Shown piece after piece: positions 38,540 through 52,959 of a DNA stretch of 64,000 nt. The position numbers were made by a program, and so were the translations under genes. Within the stretch, counting starts at the first letter, position 1. Every line of letters starts with the position of its first letter. The stretch spans positions 73,162,001-73,226,000 of the forward strand of contig NW_024704743.1 of NCBI RefSeq assembly GCF_018977255.1. Direction: 5' to 3'. Under the pieces are notes generated by a model. The model was not told the origin of the DNA, searched no databases, and saw only the letters and a list, made by a program, of their open reading frames with translations. Source of the DNA: Callorhinchus milii. Lineage: Eukaryota.

Positions 38540-38935
38540 GACTTCCACAGCCTTACTCCTCCCTACCTCTGTGACCTGACTCTGTTAACTCCATGTAGAC
38601 CTCTCCACTCCCTCTGCTCAGCGGGCTCTGACCTGTTCCATGTCCCCCGCTCTGCCCGCCCCACCGTTGGCTTTTGGACCTTCAGCCTTTCTGCAACCAC
38701 ACTTTGGAACTCCATCCCACAGTCCCTTTGCCTCTCTCACTCCCTTGCCTCCTTCAAGGTTCAAGACCCTCCTCTTCAACCGCAACTTCGGTCATCCTCC
38801 TACCCCTACCCTCTCTGCTCTCCACCCATACTGATCCCAACTCCCAGCTCAGGTCCAAATCCCTGACTGGTCAGTTCCTTGGAATGTCCTCCCGACGTGA
38901 AAGACACTATACAAATGTGATTTGTTGTGTTGTGT
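38540..38935 (+). mobile_element. L2 LINE 3' end
   Basis: TTLWNSIPQSLCLSHSLASFK and tail tcctcccgacgtgaaagacactatacaaatg. Confidence 0.85.
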
Positions 38936-40675
38936 GTATCAGGGTTATGAATTTGTGGTCTTTACTCATTATAAGGAAGTGAGTTATGATTTTTTTAGGA
39001 TTTAACTTTGGTTTTTGAATTTATATATCCTGAAATCATCAGGAAACTAAAATCCCATTCCCAACTTTACATCATTACTGTCTCTGGACTGGCAAAGCAG
39101 CATTAAACCAGAAAAAAATGTTCTGTGTAAGAGAGAGAAATGATAATGTACAACAATAACCATCTTCATCCCCATTTTAGTCTCGAAAGGCATAAAATTA
39201 AAATGACCCACATTTTCAATAGTAAGCACATATCCTTTGCAGCTATTTAATTGGAAAGATGGAATGTAGAAACCAAGAAAATTTTGGGCTCTGATTTGTA
39301 CCAATTTTGGGCTCTGATTTCACAATTTGCATGAATGAATCTCTGCTATAATGATAGTGGTAAAATTACTAACCGTTTTTTAAAAAAATATATTAATGTC
39401 GAGGATGTGCTCGAATCCATTTTCTATAAACCACAGATAAAAATAGCTATGTGTAAATCTGAATGCCACAGCCTATTTTATTCACGCTGAAAAGAGAACA
39501 TGTGCTGTAAGATGCAATGTTGCTGCCAGGATGCTATATTTACTGGATATATCCTCAAGAGATTTTAAGGTATTTATGGGGCAGAAGATGAAAGCATATG
39601 GGGTACATGTGACCTCAACAGACGCTAGTTTTGCATGTCCTATGGGACATTTATATGGATAAAACATGGTCACACATCCACATGGAAAATGTTAATGGGT
39701 AAGCTAGCTTTTCCTGTAGATGATTTAATAGCTATCTTGAACAATCTATGTTAGTGAAAGGCAAGTGTTGTGAAAGATGCTAGTAGGAATTGTAAAGCTT
39801 TATGCCATATTCCCTCGACTATTTTATCTCTTTTTCCACAATTTATTTTCTCTTTCACTATTCACGTTTTCTCTTAATATCTGCCTTTGCTCTCATTTCG
39901 GCAGATACTTTATATTGTGGTGCTTGTTTCACCGTTTTGACATGAACTGTTTCTAATTCACCCAAATATCTATGGTCTTCTGTCCCCTTTATTCTCTCTC
40001 CATGAACCTCATTGCTAGTCTTCCTGCATGTTGTTGTTTGATCTTTTACTCTTAATTTCTCATTATTTAACTTTTCATGTTTTCCAATTGATTTGTGAGA
40101 TATGCTCGGTTAATGCAACCAAGCCAGCCGCGCAAACCAAATTTGTGAGGGACAGTGAACTTTTATGAGCATCCATCCACCCAAGCATGGGACAATGGCT
40201 CGGTTAAGCCAGATTCTTTATTGCTGCTCTTGGAAAAAGAAAAAGACCTCCTTTGCACCTTGACCAGACCTGACCATTTTAATAGTTAGGAAGTTTTATG
40301 TCTCCTCAACTCCAAAATATACTTTATCTTGCTGTAAATAAGACTATAATTACTCAATGATAGGGATAATTCCCTCTGTACCACAGGCATTTACACATGG
40401 TTTACACATGCAACATAATAGACTATTAAATGATATCTGTCCAAACTGTAGTATAGTAGAATATATGACAACTATCCTTATCAAGCCCTGATGTGGATTT
40501 CAAGTTAGATTGTGATGTTGATGAATTACTTTTAGTTGAGTGCATGTGCGTGAGGCATCTAAGAGCATGATTCAGTGGAGCAGGAGTGAACTATCAACAA
40601 CAAAATAAATACAATATCCAAGTAAGTACAGGTTAGAGATACACACAGAGAGGTGGAGAGGCAAACGATTGGAGA

Positions 40676-40733
40676 GTGAGAGAGAGACAAACACACAACA
40701 TGCGCACACACACACGTACACACAAACACACAG
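40676..40733. repeat. Imperfect (GA)n/(CA)n microsatellite
   Basis: gagagagagacaaacacacaacatgcgcacacacacacgtacacacaaacacacag seen directly. Confidence 0.7.
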
Positions 40734-41779
40734 AGCTCCATTTTATGCAGAGTTTTCATATCCACATAATAATAATCCTTGCAGCTGACATAGCATCTTT
40801 CACATTGGGAGAACGTCTCAAAGCGCTTCACAGGATTTAGTGTAACGCGTAATGATTTGTGATTTAATTTACGCCTAGATTAGTGTATTGGGCTTCTGAA
40901 CTGGATATCAGTTTAGCACAGCAGTATTCAGTGTTAGCAACAACATTGATGATCTCCTTGTTACTTGCGAACAGCAAGCTCGCAATGGTTCCAACAATTT
41001 ACCCTTTCTATATTCTGTACGACTACAATTACTTCTGCATCAGAGAGCAGCATAGGCGAGGGAGAAGAGTCCAAGCACACAAGCAAACAAAAAGTGAGGG
41101 ACGGATAGAGCCTCTCAAGGGATCTTTTATTAGACAGTTATTAGGAACTGGACAAGATTTTGTTTGTGGTTCCAAATACAACAGCATACACTAGCAGTAG
41201 GTGTTCCCATGCCCTGCGATAACTCACTGATTCATATCACATAGCTTTCACTGCTATAATAATTGTTAACTGTTTATTCAGACAGCACAGAGCAGCAGGA
41301 GGGACAAGAGTTTATGACCACGATTCATCCAAATGGAGAGCCCCAATCTCATTCATGGAGAGATGACAAGTGAAGGGAAAAGGGTCAAAGGCTGAGTGAA
41401 TTAGTCACCCAAGATGCACCTGAGCATCTCCCAATGGGTGACTTAAGAACTACATTGAGTCAGAGTCCTGGAAAGACTGCTCTGTGAACAGAATGGCGTG
41501 TGGTAGCTGGCAGGCTGGTGGAATACGATTTCTACCCATAACTGTACTTATGTTACTCTGACCCACTGGAAATGAGCTCTGACACAGTCTTCTTCAGAGA
41601 GGAGTTCCCAAGGGTGAGTGAAAATTCTAATGGAATTCCTGGACCCTGTTGAGAAATATCACAAATTGCCCTCTTATTGTCAAAAGGAGAGGCAGAGAAG
41701 GGTACAGAATCCTCACCCTGTAAGTCAAAACTTTTGTCATTGGCGGTGGAGGTCATAACAATAAATACAGTTGTACCTT

Positions 41780-41960
41780 CCTTGCTGACCAGGACACTAG
41801 GAGAAATTCCCATTTCAGATACTATCATAAGATCTTTGATGTCCACCTGAACAGGCGGATGAGAAATCAGTTTAATGTCATATCTGAAAAACGGCAACTT
41901 CAACAATGCAGAGCTCCCCTACTTTGCACTGGTGTGTCAGCCTAGATTTTGAGTCCCAGT
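41780..41960 (-). mobile_element. Deu-domain SINE fragment
   Basis: gaccaggacac...gatctttgatgtccacctgaacaggc...cagtttaatgtcatatctgaaaaacggc. Confidence 0.7.
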
Positions 41961-42159
41961 GTGAAATACTAAGCTTAAATACACAGAATACCAGTGGAAG
42001 TACTGTATTGAGTTATGCTGGTTGAGAATAAAACTTTCCTTTAAGTATTCAGTGTACTTAACAAATCTGAAAAGTCCACTTTATCATTATCTAGTTGCAT
42101 AATCTTTGTTGAAGTGCGTTGACCTTTCATGGAATTATATGGATCCAGTGAAGATAGTT

Positions 42160-42930
42160 ACAAAATTACATATTTATGGCACCTTTCACGTCAGGAGGAC
42201 GTCCCAAGACGCTGCACAGACAGAGTTACTGACCTGAGTTGAGGGTCGGGAGGGGGGAGGGCAGGGGGGGGAAGCAGGGAGATCGAAAGCACAGTGGAAG
42301 AGGAGGGTCTTGAGGTGGGTCTTGAAGGTGGAGAGGGAGGTGTCGAGACGGAGGGAAGGAGTTCCAGAGGGTGGGGGCAGAGTGGCGGAAGGCCACCTGC
42401 CGATAGTGGGGCGAGCAGGGCGGGGGACGTGAAGCAGGCCGCAGCCGGCTGAGCGGAGGGAGCGAACAGGGTGGTAGAGGATTAGGAGATCGGAGAGGTA
42501 GGTGGGAGCAAGACCATGGAGGGCTTTGATGGTGAGGACCAGGATCTTGAACTGTATCCTCTGTGTGATGGGAAGCCAGTGGAGTCAGGCGAGGATGGGG
42601 GTGATAGGGTCACGGAGCCTGGTGTGGGAGAGGACACAGGCTGCAGAGTTCTGGATGATCTGCAGCCTGTGGAGGGAGGAGTTGGGGAGGCCAACAAGCA
42701 GTGAGTTTGCATAGTCAAACCTTGATGTAATGAAAGCGTGTACGAGGGTTTCGGTGGCCTTCTGTGTGAGACGGGTGACGTTGCAGAGGTGGGGGAAGGC
42801 AGAGCGGAGGCGCTGACGGGAGCCAATCAGGAGAGCCTTGGGTTTGTTGACGTTCAACTGAAGAAAGTTATCTCTCATCCAGGACTTGATGTCTGACAGA
42901 CATTCTGTCAGCACAGCAGTGGTCCTGGAC
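42160..42930 (-). mobile_element. L2 LINE fragment
   Basis: [46 protein letters not shown]; tail at about 42165-42215. Confidence 0.9.
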
Positions 42931-43918
42931 TCATATCACTCATAGCACCTTGCTGCGGATTGGGGGAGCGGAGTGATAGTATATGGAAAGATTTCCAATA
43001 GGCTGACGGAAAAGTGAAAGCTTTATCTTGCATTGTAACTGAATTTGCATATTTTATGTGCTCTTGTGGGGAACATTCAGAGTATCAGAAGCCAAGTGGG
43101 TTCCTGTCATTTCAAACAGACTTGTTATGGCTTGTGACAGTAAAAGTCATTTGTAACTTTTTGAGTTTTTTTCTTTACAACACTCTGCAATTATTCTGCA
43201 GAAGAAGCTGACTCAGCCACAATAGGACCCTCTGTATTATATTTTTAAAGTTGACTTTGACAAGATGGAAACTTAATAAGGATGGAGTAGTTCTGTAAGG
43301 TGCAGCTCCATCTGTATAATCTAAATAGACAACTTTCCTGCTACAGTTTGGGTAACCTTGTTTGTAAATATTATTTTTGCAGTTTGCACTGGAATTATAT
43401 TAACATGAATAAAGGTGTATGTAATGCAGTGATACACTCTTAAAAAGTATCCCCACAGAATTGTGCAGCCAAAAATGTTGCACTGGACTCATGTCATGAG
43501 TTTAAGGTAACCAGGGAATTCACAAGACCTCAACAACAACTTGCATTTATATAGAGTCCTGCAGAGTGGGTCTCAGAATGTTTACAACATCCTACAGCTT
43601 GCTTGACTTTAGAGCATTTGTGGTGATGCACAATTCTTAGACTGGTCCTCACCTGCAACAGATTTTTGTAATAATATATAAAGCGATTTAAAATATATAT
43701 ATCATTATAAATAGCACCGTGTCAATGAATGAAGAATACTAAAAAATGGTTCAACAGTTACGCCTATTGGGTTATGATATGATGTATTGTTATTCAACAG
43801 ATACTGCTTATATCAAGTTTACTCGACCTTAGATTAGTGTCAGCATGTGTAGCACAGAGTACTTTAGTGCACAAAAGTAGAGTATATATTACCTTCACAA
43901 AGAACAATATACATGTCA

Positions 43919-44482
43919 CAGTAAAACTCGCGTAAGTCTTATCTTTACAAATCTTATAACCTCCTTAGTTGTACATTCACCTGAGTCCCATTCAGTTTCC
44001 TATCAAAACCACTTATATCTCTTTGCACTACTCACATTGATCACCTCCTAACTCGTAACTCTGCTCCACTGCCTTCCATTACTTCCGTGCTTACCGGAGG
44101 CCTTGAATCGTGAAAAATGACATTCTTATGCGTCGTCGTGTGCATACTTAATGACAAGCTGCATTGAATTGCAGGAAATCGAGTCTTCATCCATCAACAC
44201 AACGTGCAGAAGAACTTGATTTCCTGCAATTACGGTAAATGCACATGTGGTGACGTGTCAAACGCATTGAATTGTAGGAAATGTAGTTTTAACCCATCAC
44301 TGAATGTGCGCTAACTGGCTGCAATGATGAATTACCATATGCGCACTTACCGCACGTGCAGTGTAGATTATTGATGAAATTGGATTTTCAACGACGTCTA
44401 CAGTTTGCCTGCAATTTGGACTTTGCGCAAGTCATATTAAATGTTAAGGTCTTGACTGATACAACTTATGTGAGTTTTACTA
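43919..44482. mobile_element. Tc1/mariner-pogo (Tigger-like) MITE of about 564 bp
   Basis: Left end cagtaaaactcgcgtaagtcttatc; right end reverse complement tagtaaaactcacataagttgtatc, followed by TA. Internal repeats gcattgaattg(c/t)aggaaat at about 44161 and 44264, with an inverted copy near 44220. Confidence 0.7.
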
Positions 44483-45879
44483 TATTTATATATGCAGCAC
44501 ACCAAGGAACATCCAGTGCACCACATTTATAATACCATTTTCTTTTTTAAAAAATTGGGTCAGCTGGGTGACACATGCGGAAACCCATCACCATGGTTAA
44601 GAGTATCCAAACCAAACTGAGAATTCCATGATTCCATATCATGGAATTTCATATCATTTATTTTGAAAATAAATAAAATATCATCGAATAAATGATGTGT
44701 TTTGATTTATCGCAAATTTTACTGAGTTTGTAGTAAATTGGCTCAATATCTGTATAAAGTCTTTATCAGCAGTTTTGGAAACAGGTTATTTTGATTCAGT
44801 AACATTGAATGAATGAAAATAGAATTCAGGTCAAGGCCAGGAATTTTTTTATTGCATCCTCCTGATGGACAAGCTATTGGCCTGCTCTTATTTACACATT
44901 ATTTGCATATTATACATTTATTATTATAATTGAACAATAGGTATCTAGAAAAGGTACATAATTTTTGTCACTATTCATTTCTCTTTACATTTTATCTGAA
45001 ATGGCAAATATGTTAACCTATCTATTATTTATTTATGGAAATAATTCTGCGTAACTCATTGGAATAAATATATGCAATTGAATTTTTAAGGAGAATGTAG
45101 AAAGGAGGCTAATAGATCAAGGCTTACCAGGAAGTGAAATTTAAATAAGCAAAAATAATATTGCTGCTAACATTCACTGTGGTGCCCAATTTGATCAAAG
45201 TGGAACTTCGACTGAACATCTGTGCAGATAAAATGAGGAAAGAATTGAGTCACAGAAGAGTTTGCTGCAATTTCATTGGGCTGACATTAGAGGTCAGACT
45301 TTGATTTGTTGTGGAATACTATAAAATGAAATATTTCTGTGCCATAAATATTTGTCCTGCTTGCTATTTGCCAAGTCCAAAGGCATTTGGCTTGACCTCG
45401 TATGGCATGCATCTTTAAATTAATTTTCTTTGAGTGCAGCTATATTAAATGCTTAATTAAATGTCCAGTTTATGAACCACAAGAACTTTTTCTCACTGAT
45501 TCAAGATTCTGCAGTATCAATTGTAAATTAATATATCAACACAAAATCCATCCATCTGATATCAAAAAGAGGGACAGGGGTTTTTGGAGAAGGGGTGTTA
45601 ATGTAACTAGTTCTGTAATACTGTACAAAGGTTACTGAGGTCACATCAGTCCATGAAGTATTTTCTAATCATGGATTTTTAGTGCCATTTAGAAAAAAAA
45701 AGGCATTAAATCAAGCTATTTTATGAATAAGGAAATAACCAGTCCTTTCTACTGAACAGCTGGGTTTTAAAGGTTCAGAAACTTTAAGCAACTAATCAGG
45801 AGAAGGCAGCGTAAAGAACTAAATTGACTCATAATAAGAAATTAATCAATCATTATTACTTTTCATACAGAAGGAATAT

Positions 45880-46940
45880 GTAACTGGTTGACCAGAAGAA
45901 CCCAGAGGTCATCTGACTGGGAAAATGTTACCAATGGCATTCCACAAGGATCTATTTCGAGACCTCTTTTGTTTAATAGTTTTACAAGTGATCTGGAACT
46001 AGGAGTCACGAGCACAGTGACTAAGTTTGCAGATGATACCAAGCTAATAGTGTTTCTAATATTACTACCTAATAATGAAGCTGGTAGATTGCAAAGATGA
46101 ACAAGATAGGTTACATACTTGGGAATTGGGCAGATAAAATTAAATGTGAAGAAATATAAAGTACTTCACCTGGGTCTAAAATATCCAGGAAGGATCTATT
46201 ATTTGAATGGAAGGAAAATAATATGTATAGAAAATGAAAAGGACCTGGGGGTCCTGATTGACAATAAATTGAAGCTCTCCCATCAATGCTCTGGCAGTGA
46301 GTAAAGCAAACCAGATTTTGGGATGTATCAAAAGATCAATAGCAAACCGAAATAGTGGGGTAATCCTGTCACTGTATAACTTATTGGTGAGACCATACTT
46401 AGAGTTACTGTGTATAGTTCTGGTCGCCGCAGTATAAAAAGAATATTGGAGAAATCGAGAAGATACAGAGGCAACCAAAATGATTGAGGGAATGAAGGGC
46501 TGGACTATGAGGAGTGACTAAGTAAACTGGGCATGTTCACGCTGGAAAAGAGAAGATTGAGAGGAGATATGATTGTTGTCTTCAATATTCTAAAGGGGCA
46601 AGATAGTATAGATCATGACAGGCTGTTTCAACTATTCAGAATAGTGAAATCAGAAGACATGGACTGCGATTGAAGTGCGGTAAATTCAGACTGAATCTAC
46701 AGAAACACTATTTCAGTGAGCGAATAATAAAACTGTGGAACAGCTCCCTAGGGAGATGGTTGAAGCAGAAAATGTTGATTCCTTCAAACACGGATTCGCC
46801 TTCTTTTAGGAAGTAACATTATGGGATATAGTACATAGGTAGTTCGGGACATATGTGCATGCGACCTCAATTTGGTTTGGACGCTCTTAAGCATTGTGAT
46901 GGGTTTCCGCATGTGTCAGACACCCAGCTGACCAAAAAAT
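45880..46940 (+). mobile_element. CR1 LINE, about 1.06 kb 5'-truncated copy (RT to 3' UTR) with stops and frameshifts
   Basis: WENVTNGIPQGSISRPLLF..KFADDTKL, KYKVLHLG, EKDLGVLID, LVRPYLE, LEKRRLRGDMI, HYFSERIIKLWNS; ends cacccagctgaccaaaaaat. Confidence 0.93.
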
Positions 46941-47532
46941 AAGAATTGAGATCTGTTGAAGTGTAGTAGTGAATAAAGCCAAAGTAACATCTCTACTTGT
47001 AACAGTCATTTGTTTTCTTTCAAGCACTTGTATTGAAAAGTATCATAAATCTACTGTCTCTGTGAATATCTATGGACTCTGCTAATTAAAATTCAGTGCA
47101 AAACGCCAGTTGATTCAGTCTTCATTATTACAATAGCCTCTGAATTAGATAGACTTCTTTTTGAAAAGGTACTCATTCCTGTAGCTTTAATATCATCTGT
47201 GCAGGAGCCCGAGTTGAGCAAGACAGTCGGGCAGAACTCGCACATACCCAGGGGACTGAGTTTGTGACAATTATCAATAATGATAGACATAGTTTTGATT
47301 GAACTATTTGATATAGAAAGTGGTTATAATGCGAAACAGTGTCCAGGAAGACAAATGAGCAGGTTTGGTATTGGATACATTTTCAACCACAACTACTGGA
47401 ACAGCCTACACTTATAGAGTGCCTTTCACATAGGAAATATTACAAAGCACTTCACAGAGACAGAATAGTGGGTGAATGGGGTGAAGATGGTAGGGAGTAG
47501 GGGTTAGAAGGGAGGTGACAGGATGTGGAAGA

Positions 47533-47850
47533 TGATAATAATAATAATAATCCTTGCATTTGATATAGCGCTTTTCACGTCTTCTAGACGTCTCAAAGCA
47601 CTTCACAGAATAGACTGTAAAGTGAATTGACTGTATATTTGTGGGCGAAACGCAGCAGCCAATTGCGCACAGCAGTGTCCCACAAACAGTCGTGGATTGA
47701 AAATGACCAATTTATTATTTTGTTTTGGAGGGATTATTATTAGGTGTGCGGAGTAAGGAAACTTGCCCAAGGTTTCGCCCTCTGCCTGGAATTGAACCCA
47801 GGTGTCTCGTTTGCAAGGTGAGTGCTCTAACCACTGAGCTACAGGACTCT
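47533..47850 (-). mobile_element. Full-length tRNA-Ala SINE inserted into an old minus-strand L2 (about 47400-48370)
   Basis: Reverse complement of the 15489 SINE; L2-like sequence on both sides (tail at 47410-47460; atgaggatcttgaaatcaatc near 48070). Confidence 0.9.
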
Positions 47851-49904
47851 ACTCCAGGATTCTGAAAGGAGAGAGCAGGTGCAATGCAGAGGTATTTAGT
47901 GGGCGAGTTCCAGAGAATAGAGGAGGGGTAAAAGTGGCTGAAAGTGGGATGGGGCTATTAAAAGAAGGCTTGATTTGCAGATCAGAAGGAGTGTCTTGGG
48001 AGTAGGATTGCAGGAGAACAAAGTGGTTGATGAGTGTTAGGGCTTAGAGAAATTTGAAATTCAGAATGAGGATCTTGAAATCAATCCACTGGAAAGTTGG
48101 TTCAGTGGAGAGTGAAGAGGATGGTGGTGATGGGTTTGTGAGCCTGGCATGGGAAAAGATATGAAGTTCTAGATTATTTGGAATCTTTGGAGGATTGAGC
48201 TAGGAAAGCTGACAAAGAGATTAGAGGAATCAAGTGTGAAGATGAAGTGGTGGATGAGGTTTTGGTTTTGTTGGGAGTTAAATAGAGAAAATAGGGTAAA
48301 GCAAAGCTGACTGCTCAGAGAATAGATGAAAGGAGACATGAGGGTCAAACAAAACCTAAGGTTTTTGAATTTGAATGAGAGATGGTATTTGAAAATGGGA
48401 CCAGACAAATGGCCATAGTGGACTTTTCCATTCCTGTACATTCCTGTGTTTCTATTAATGTGATCATGGCCAGGATAAGGGACACCAGAACTGGTGAGGA
48501 TGACTTCGGTCAGTGGCAGCTTGAAGATTTTCTTCTGTTTATACACTCTTATCTAAATGGGGAGAGTCTTCCCCATTTAGATATTGTTTGTCATTCTCCT
48601 CAGATCACAGCGCATATTACTGTCAAAGTAAAATTCTCAGTCATATCGATAGCATCCTGCCCACAGCTCGGATTTTACACTGACTCATTAGAAATCACCA
48701 CGTACAGTACCCCATAATTAAATACCTCCACATCCAGTAAGGCTTAGTGAAATATCATCATTTTCTTTCTCATTTGGCTTTCTGCTTTTACGGTGACCTC
48801 TATTTCTCACCTAATGTAAACAGAAAAATAAATCTGCACAATTGGATTCCCGCTCTTCCTAATGTTGAGATTAATGTTTAAATTGTATTGACAGAAGGAA
48901 ATTTGCTGCCTTCCCATATTATTTATTACCAATTCATGTAAATTCTCATGAACACTTTTAAACTCATACTGTGTTGTGTCAGATCACATAAATAGATAAC
49001 TTAATTGAGGGCCAATAAATGATTAATTATAAAAGAGTTTTATTTTGTATGAAAACGTAGATTTTTCTAGAGTTTTAATTTAGTGCATTCCCTCACTAAA
49101 ATGTTCCATTTAAGAATCTGTCAGGTTTTCCTGTATTTGAATCTTGTCAGGTATTTTCAGAATGAGGTTATTTTTTTCTGATAAGAATTGGAAGAGAAAT
49201 TGACAGTGAATGCTTTCCCGTATTTGATTGAATGCAGCCAGCTTCAATATCTGCAGGATTATCTCCTAGCTTATGTGAGTGCAGGAAGAACATTGCTTTC
49301 TCTTCACAAACCATACATAAAAGATGAAAAATGTATGTGTGTGTGTATAGCATGGGGACAGATGGTCTGTTGGTCTGTAGAAGCACCAGTTATCCTGATG
49401 TAATCTTGTGATGTCTGCCATTTAAGTGATGTGTGTGTGATGCATCAGACATTTAATCAGATCCTGATAACATCAACTCATAGGGGCTGATGTTGATTAT
49501 ATGCAGTGGGCTTTCATTATGAAAATATAAACTCAAATAACTATTTGTTCTTATATTAAAGGAGGGGAATAATGTGCTTACTGTTAGTTTTGTTAAGAGT
49601 TTCTCCAACATCCTGTAGTGTGTTTCTAATCCGTCCAGCACAGCTGGAGTGACAGATGTGATAGTATAGTGAACAATTGATATATTGAATCTATCATTGC
49701 CCCCATAGGCAGTCTGTACGAAAGAGTTGGGCTCTGTGGGTACAAGGAAACCTGGAGATGCAGTCTGCTCTCCTGGAATACAGTGTAAATGGCAGGGTGG
49801 TGGGAATACAACAGTGCTTAGAATTCATTTAATCCAGAATGTTTCATGTTACATGCCCTTACACAATAGGACTTTGGCTTGAAAAGTTGACTACTTGTTT
49901 GTAC

Positions 49905-50735
49905 GTCCAACAACAACAACAAACAACAACAGCAAAATTACATTTATAGAGCGCCTTTCACGTCGGTAGGACGTCCCAAGGTGCTGGACAGTCAGGGGTC
50001 AGGATACGAGCATGTGGGAGGGGTGGGGTAGAGGTAAGGGAAGGCAGAGAGATGGGAGGGCGACTGAAGGCACGATCGAAGAAGAGGGTTTTGAGACTGG
50101 CCTTGAAGGAGGCAAGGGAGGAAGCGAGGCGAAGGGACTGTGGGATGGAGTTCCAGACTGTGGGGGCAGAGAGGTGAAAGCTCGGCCACCGATGGTAGGT
50201 CGGGCAGGAGACATGGAGCAGGCCAGAGCCCGCTGAACGGAGAGACAACAACAACAACAAGGTTCCATTTATAGAGCGCCTTTCACGTCGGGAGGACATC
50301 CCAAGGCGCTGTACAGTTGGGTCAGGACCTGAGCAGGGGGGGAGGGAAGGGAGGGAGCGAGGAGGGGGTAGAGATTCGAGAGGGGAGCTGAAGGCACGGT
50401 CAAAGAGAAAGGTCTTGAGACCGGCCTTGAAGGAGGAAAGGGAGGAGGCAAGGCGAAGGCACTGGGGGATGGAGTTCCAGAGCCTGGGGGTTGAGAGGCT
50501 GAAGGTCCGGCCACCGATGGTAGGGCGGTTGGGGCGGGGGATGTGGAGCAGACCGGAGCCAGAGGAACGGAGGGTACGGGCAGGTAAGTAGGGGGATAGT
50601 AGGTCAGCAGGCAGGTTGGTAGGGAGTCAGCAGGTCAGAGAGGTAGGAGGGGGCAAGGCCAGGGATGGCCTTGAAAGTGAGGATGAGGATCTTGAATTCG
50701 ATCCTCTGAGGAATGGGGAGCCAGTGGAGTCCAAA
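49905..50735 (-). mobile_element. Two tandem or nested L2 3' ends (49905-50245 and 50245-50735)
   Basis: Two (CAA)n tails, at about 49908 and 50246, each followed by reverse-complement L2 3' sequence. Confidence 0.9.
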
Positions 50736-51134
50736 TCTCAGTGATGAGGTTTACTCAATGATGAAGTCAAAGTCCAGGTTGACACTCCAATGCAGTAATG
50801 CTTGAGCGTTACATTGTTGGAGCTGCCATCCTTTGGATGAGGTGTAAACTGAGACCTGGTCTGCCTATTATGGTAGACATTAAAGATCTTATTCACTGTT
50901 CTATCATTCTGAGTAGGGGAGAAACAAGAGGGAAATAGAGGAGTGAAGTTGACTCTAAGGTCTTGCAAAGAGAGAATGAGGCAGATTGAGCTTTCCCATG
51001 CAGTCTCAGTGATCAACAGATGGTAATCCAAGATGTTGTTGATAATTAACCAGCTTTCCTAGCTCATCAATGAGACTGGAAGAGATTGGTATGTCACTCA
51101 GGCATATCAAACTTGCATCTTGATCACCCTGTAT

Positions 51135-51510
51135 TTTTTTGGGTCAGCCGTATGTCTGACATCTGCATAAACCCATCACCAATTTTAAGAGTATCCAAAG
51201 AAAACTGAGAATTCCATACATCCCACCTACACAGAGAAATTCTAGAGATGTTTATTGGAATAGAATGCACACTCTCTCCATGGAGGGACACAGCCTGCTT
51301 ACCTAATCCTGGAGAGTATTAGGTGCAGGTTGACAGGAGCCAAGGCTTGGAGACCACAGTGCGTGTATTGGGGTACTGCTGGAGTCTAACCAGCTAAAAC
51401 CACATGCCATTGAGGACTACCTAGCAAGCTTTCCTGCTGCTTATCCAACTAGGACCACCCTAGGACGACGCTACCTATTAGAGCTTTGGCTTGAAGTGGC
51501 AAGACAAAGA
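51135..51510 (-). mobile_element. Second long copy of the CR1-tailed repeat at 11700-12085
   Basis: Shares cactctctcc.tgga.ggacac, gtgtattggg, taaccag.taaaa and attagagctttgg with the reverse complement of 11760-12000. Confidence 0.65.
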
Positions 51511-52959
51511 GTGCCTCTGCCCCCAGTGACTGGTCTGCCTTTCTAAGTTCTGCCAATGAGCCAATGCTGTTACACAGCAGTGTCCTGGAGTACTGCCGAC
51601 CCACCTGGCTCAGGAACTGGATTACCGAGACTGAGAGGGCTGGCTCGATTCTGACTTTCCGTTGCCAATCATTTCACCAGTTCAACTCTGAGGAGACCCT
51701 GCTTACCTCCTTCCCAAGTAGGATAGATCATCCTGTGAGCTAGTGTTCCAATCAGTGGAGTGATTCTAACTGGACAAGAAGAAAGAAGCTGACTAATACT
51801 TTATATTGGTAAGAGACATGGCTTTAACTGGTTAAATTGCAGCAATATTTCAACATGTACTTTGCAGTCCCTTATGTTCTCTGCACATAATAATATGCTT
51901 ACGTTTGGTATAGCATCTTTCGCATCAGGGGGAGGCCCCAAAGAACTTCATAGGATATACTGTAAGGTGTAGTGACTGTGTGTTTTGTGGGTGAATGCGG
52001 TAACCAATTTGTGCACAGCAATGATCCACAAATAGCCATGAAATTAATGACCAATTTTATATGGTCTATTTTGCATAGATGAGCAGTGGTGAAGGAGTAT
52101 ACACTGTAGAGCTGCCAGACAGAAACTGCTTTAGTGTTTTTTTGTGGCACTTATACATGGCAAGAAGTTTTAGCATAGCTCGACATCCAGCTGATCAAAA
52201 TAAATCACATATTACCTCGAAAAATGAACATACATTTAGCTTTTATCAAACAACCATGCAGTACACTGTACTAAACAATATGATGCAGATTCTTCAGATT
52301 ACCATAGCTGACCCGATATTATTCCCCATTAAAGCCCGAAAGCCTTCTATGAACATTGCTTGAATTTTTAAAAAGAGCCTAGAGCCAAAATATTTTAATG
52401 GCCATCATGTGGGTGGAACATCAAGCTTAGCAAAGGTCTATGCTTCACTCTCCTTTTGTAGTCAGGGAAGCTGGAATATGAAAATAAATTTGAAAATGAG
52501 TGTAAATAAATAAAAGATCAAATCTTAAGAAGGCCCCAGTGTAGTAGCATCATAGTATCTCACAAAAAGGACTTCACTGCAGCCTTCCCTCAAGCTGTAA
52601 AAATCTTCAAAGATATTTTCCCTTAGCAGATATTTTGGTTGTTTCAAAAGTTAATACTTACCCACTGAGATGTACTTCATGCTCAGTTTGGTAGCTGGCC
52701 CCTGCAGCAATGCAGGTAAAATGGACATTTCTGTGCAGAAGTGCTGCCTACTGGACAGTTTCAAATTAAATTGCATTGCCTGACTGCCCATTACCATTTC
52801 AAGCTGTCAACCAGTTGAATGTTTCCCTGACTGTTATTACTCTTGATATTTATTTATCAGTTTACCCCACATCTAAAACCGAAAAACGGATGGTCGAGAT
52901 TGGTTTGAATAAATTGCAGTATTTTCCAACATGTCCAATATCAGCCTCATAGTTATTCA

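Noticed and set aside
39281..39320. Tandem duplication of aattttgggctctgattt
   Set aside because: Simple two-copy slippage duplication with no further structure.
41000..41780. Purine-rich, coding-looking stretch
   Set aside because: Stops occur in the plausible frames, no recognisable motif and no consistent exon boundaries; possibly a decayed transposon.
47250..47295. gagtttgtgacaattatcaat as the zinc-finger exon (QEFDNHINSY)
   Set aside because: Translates EFVTIINND, with no preceding CxxC and no splice context.
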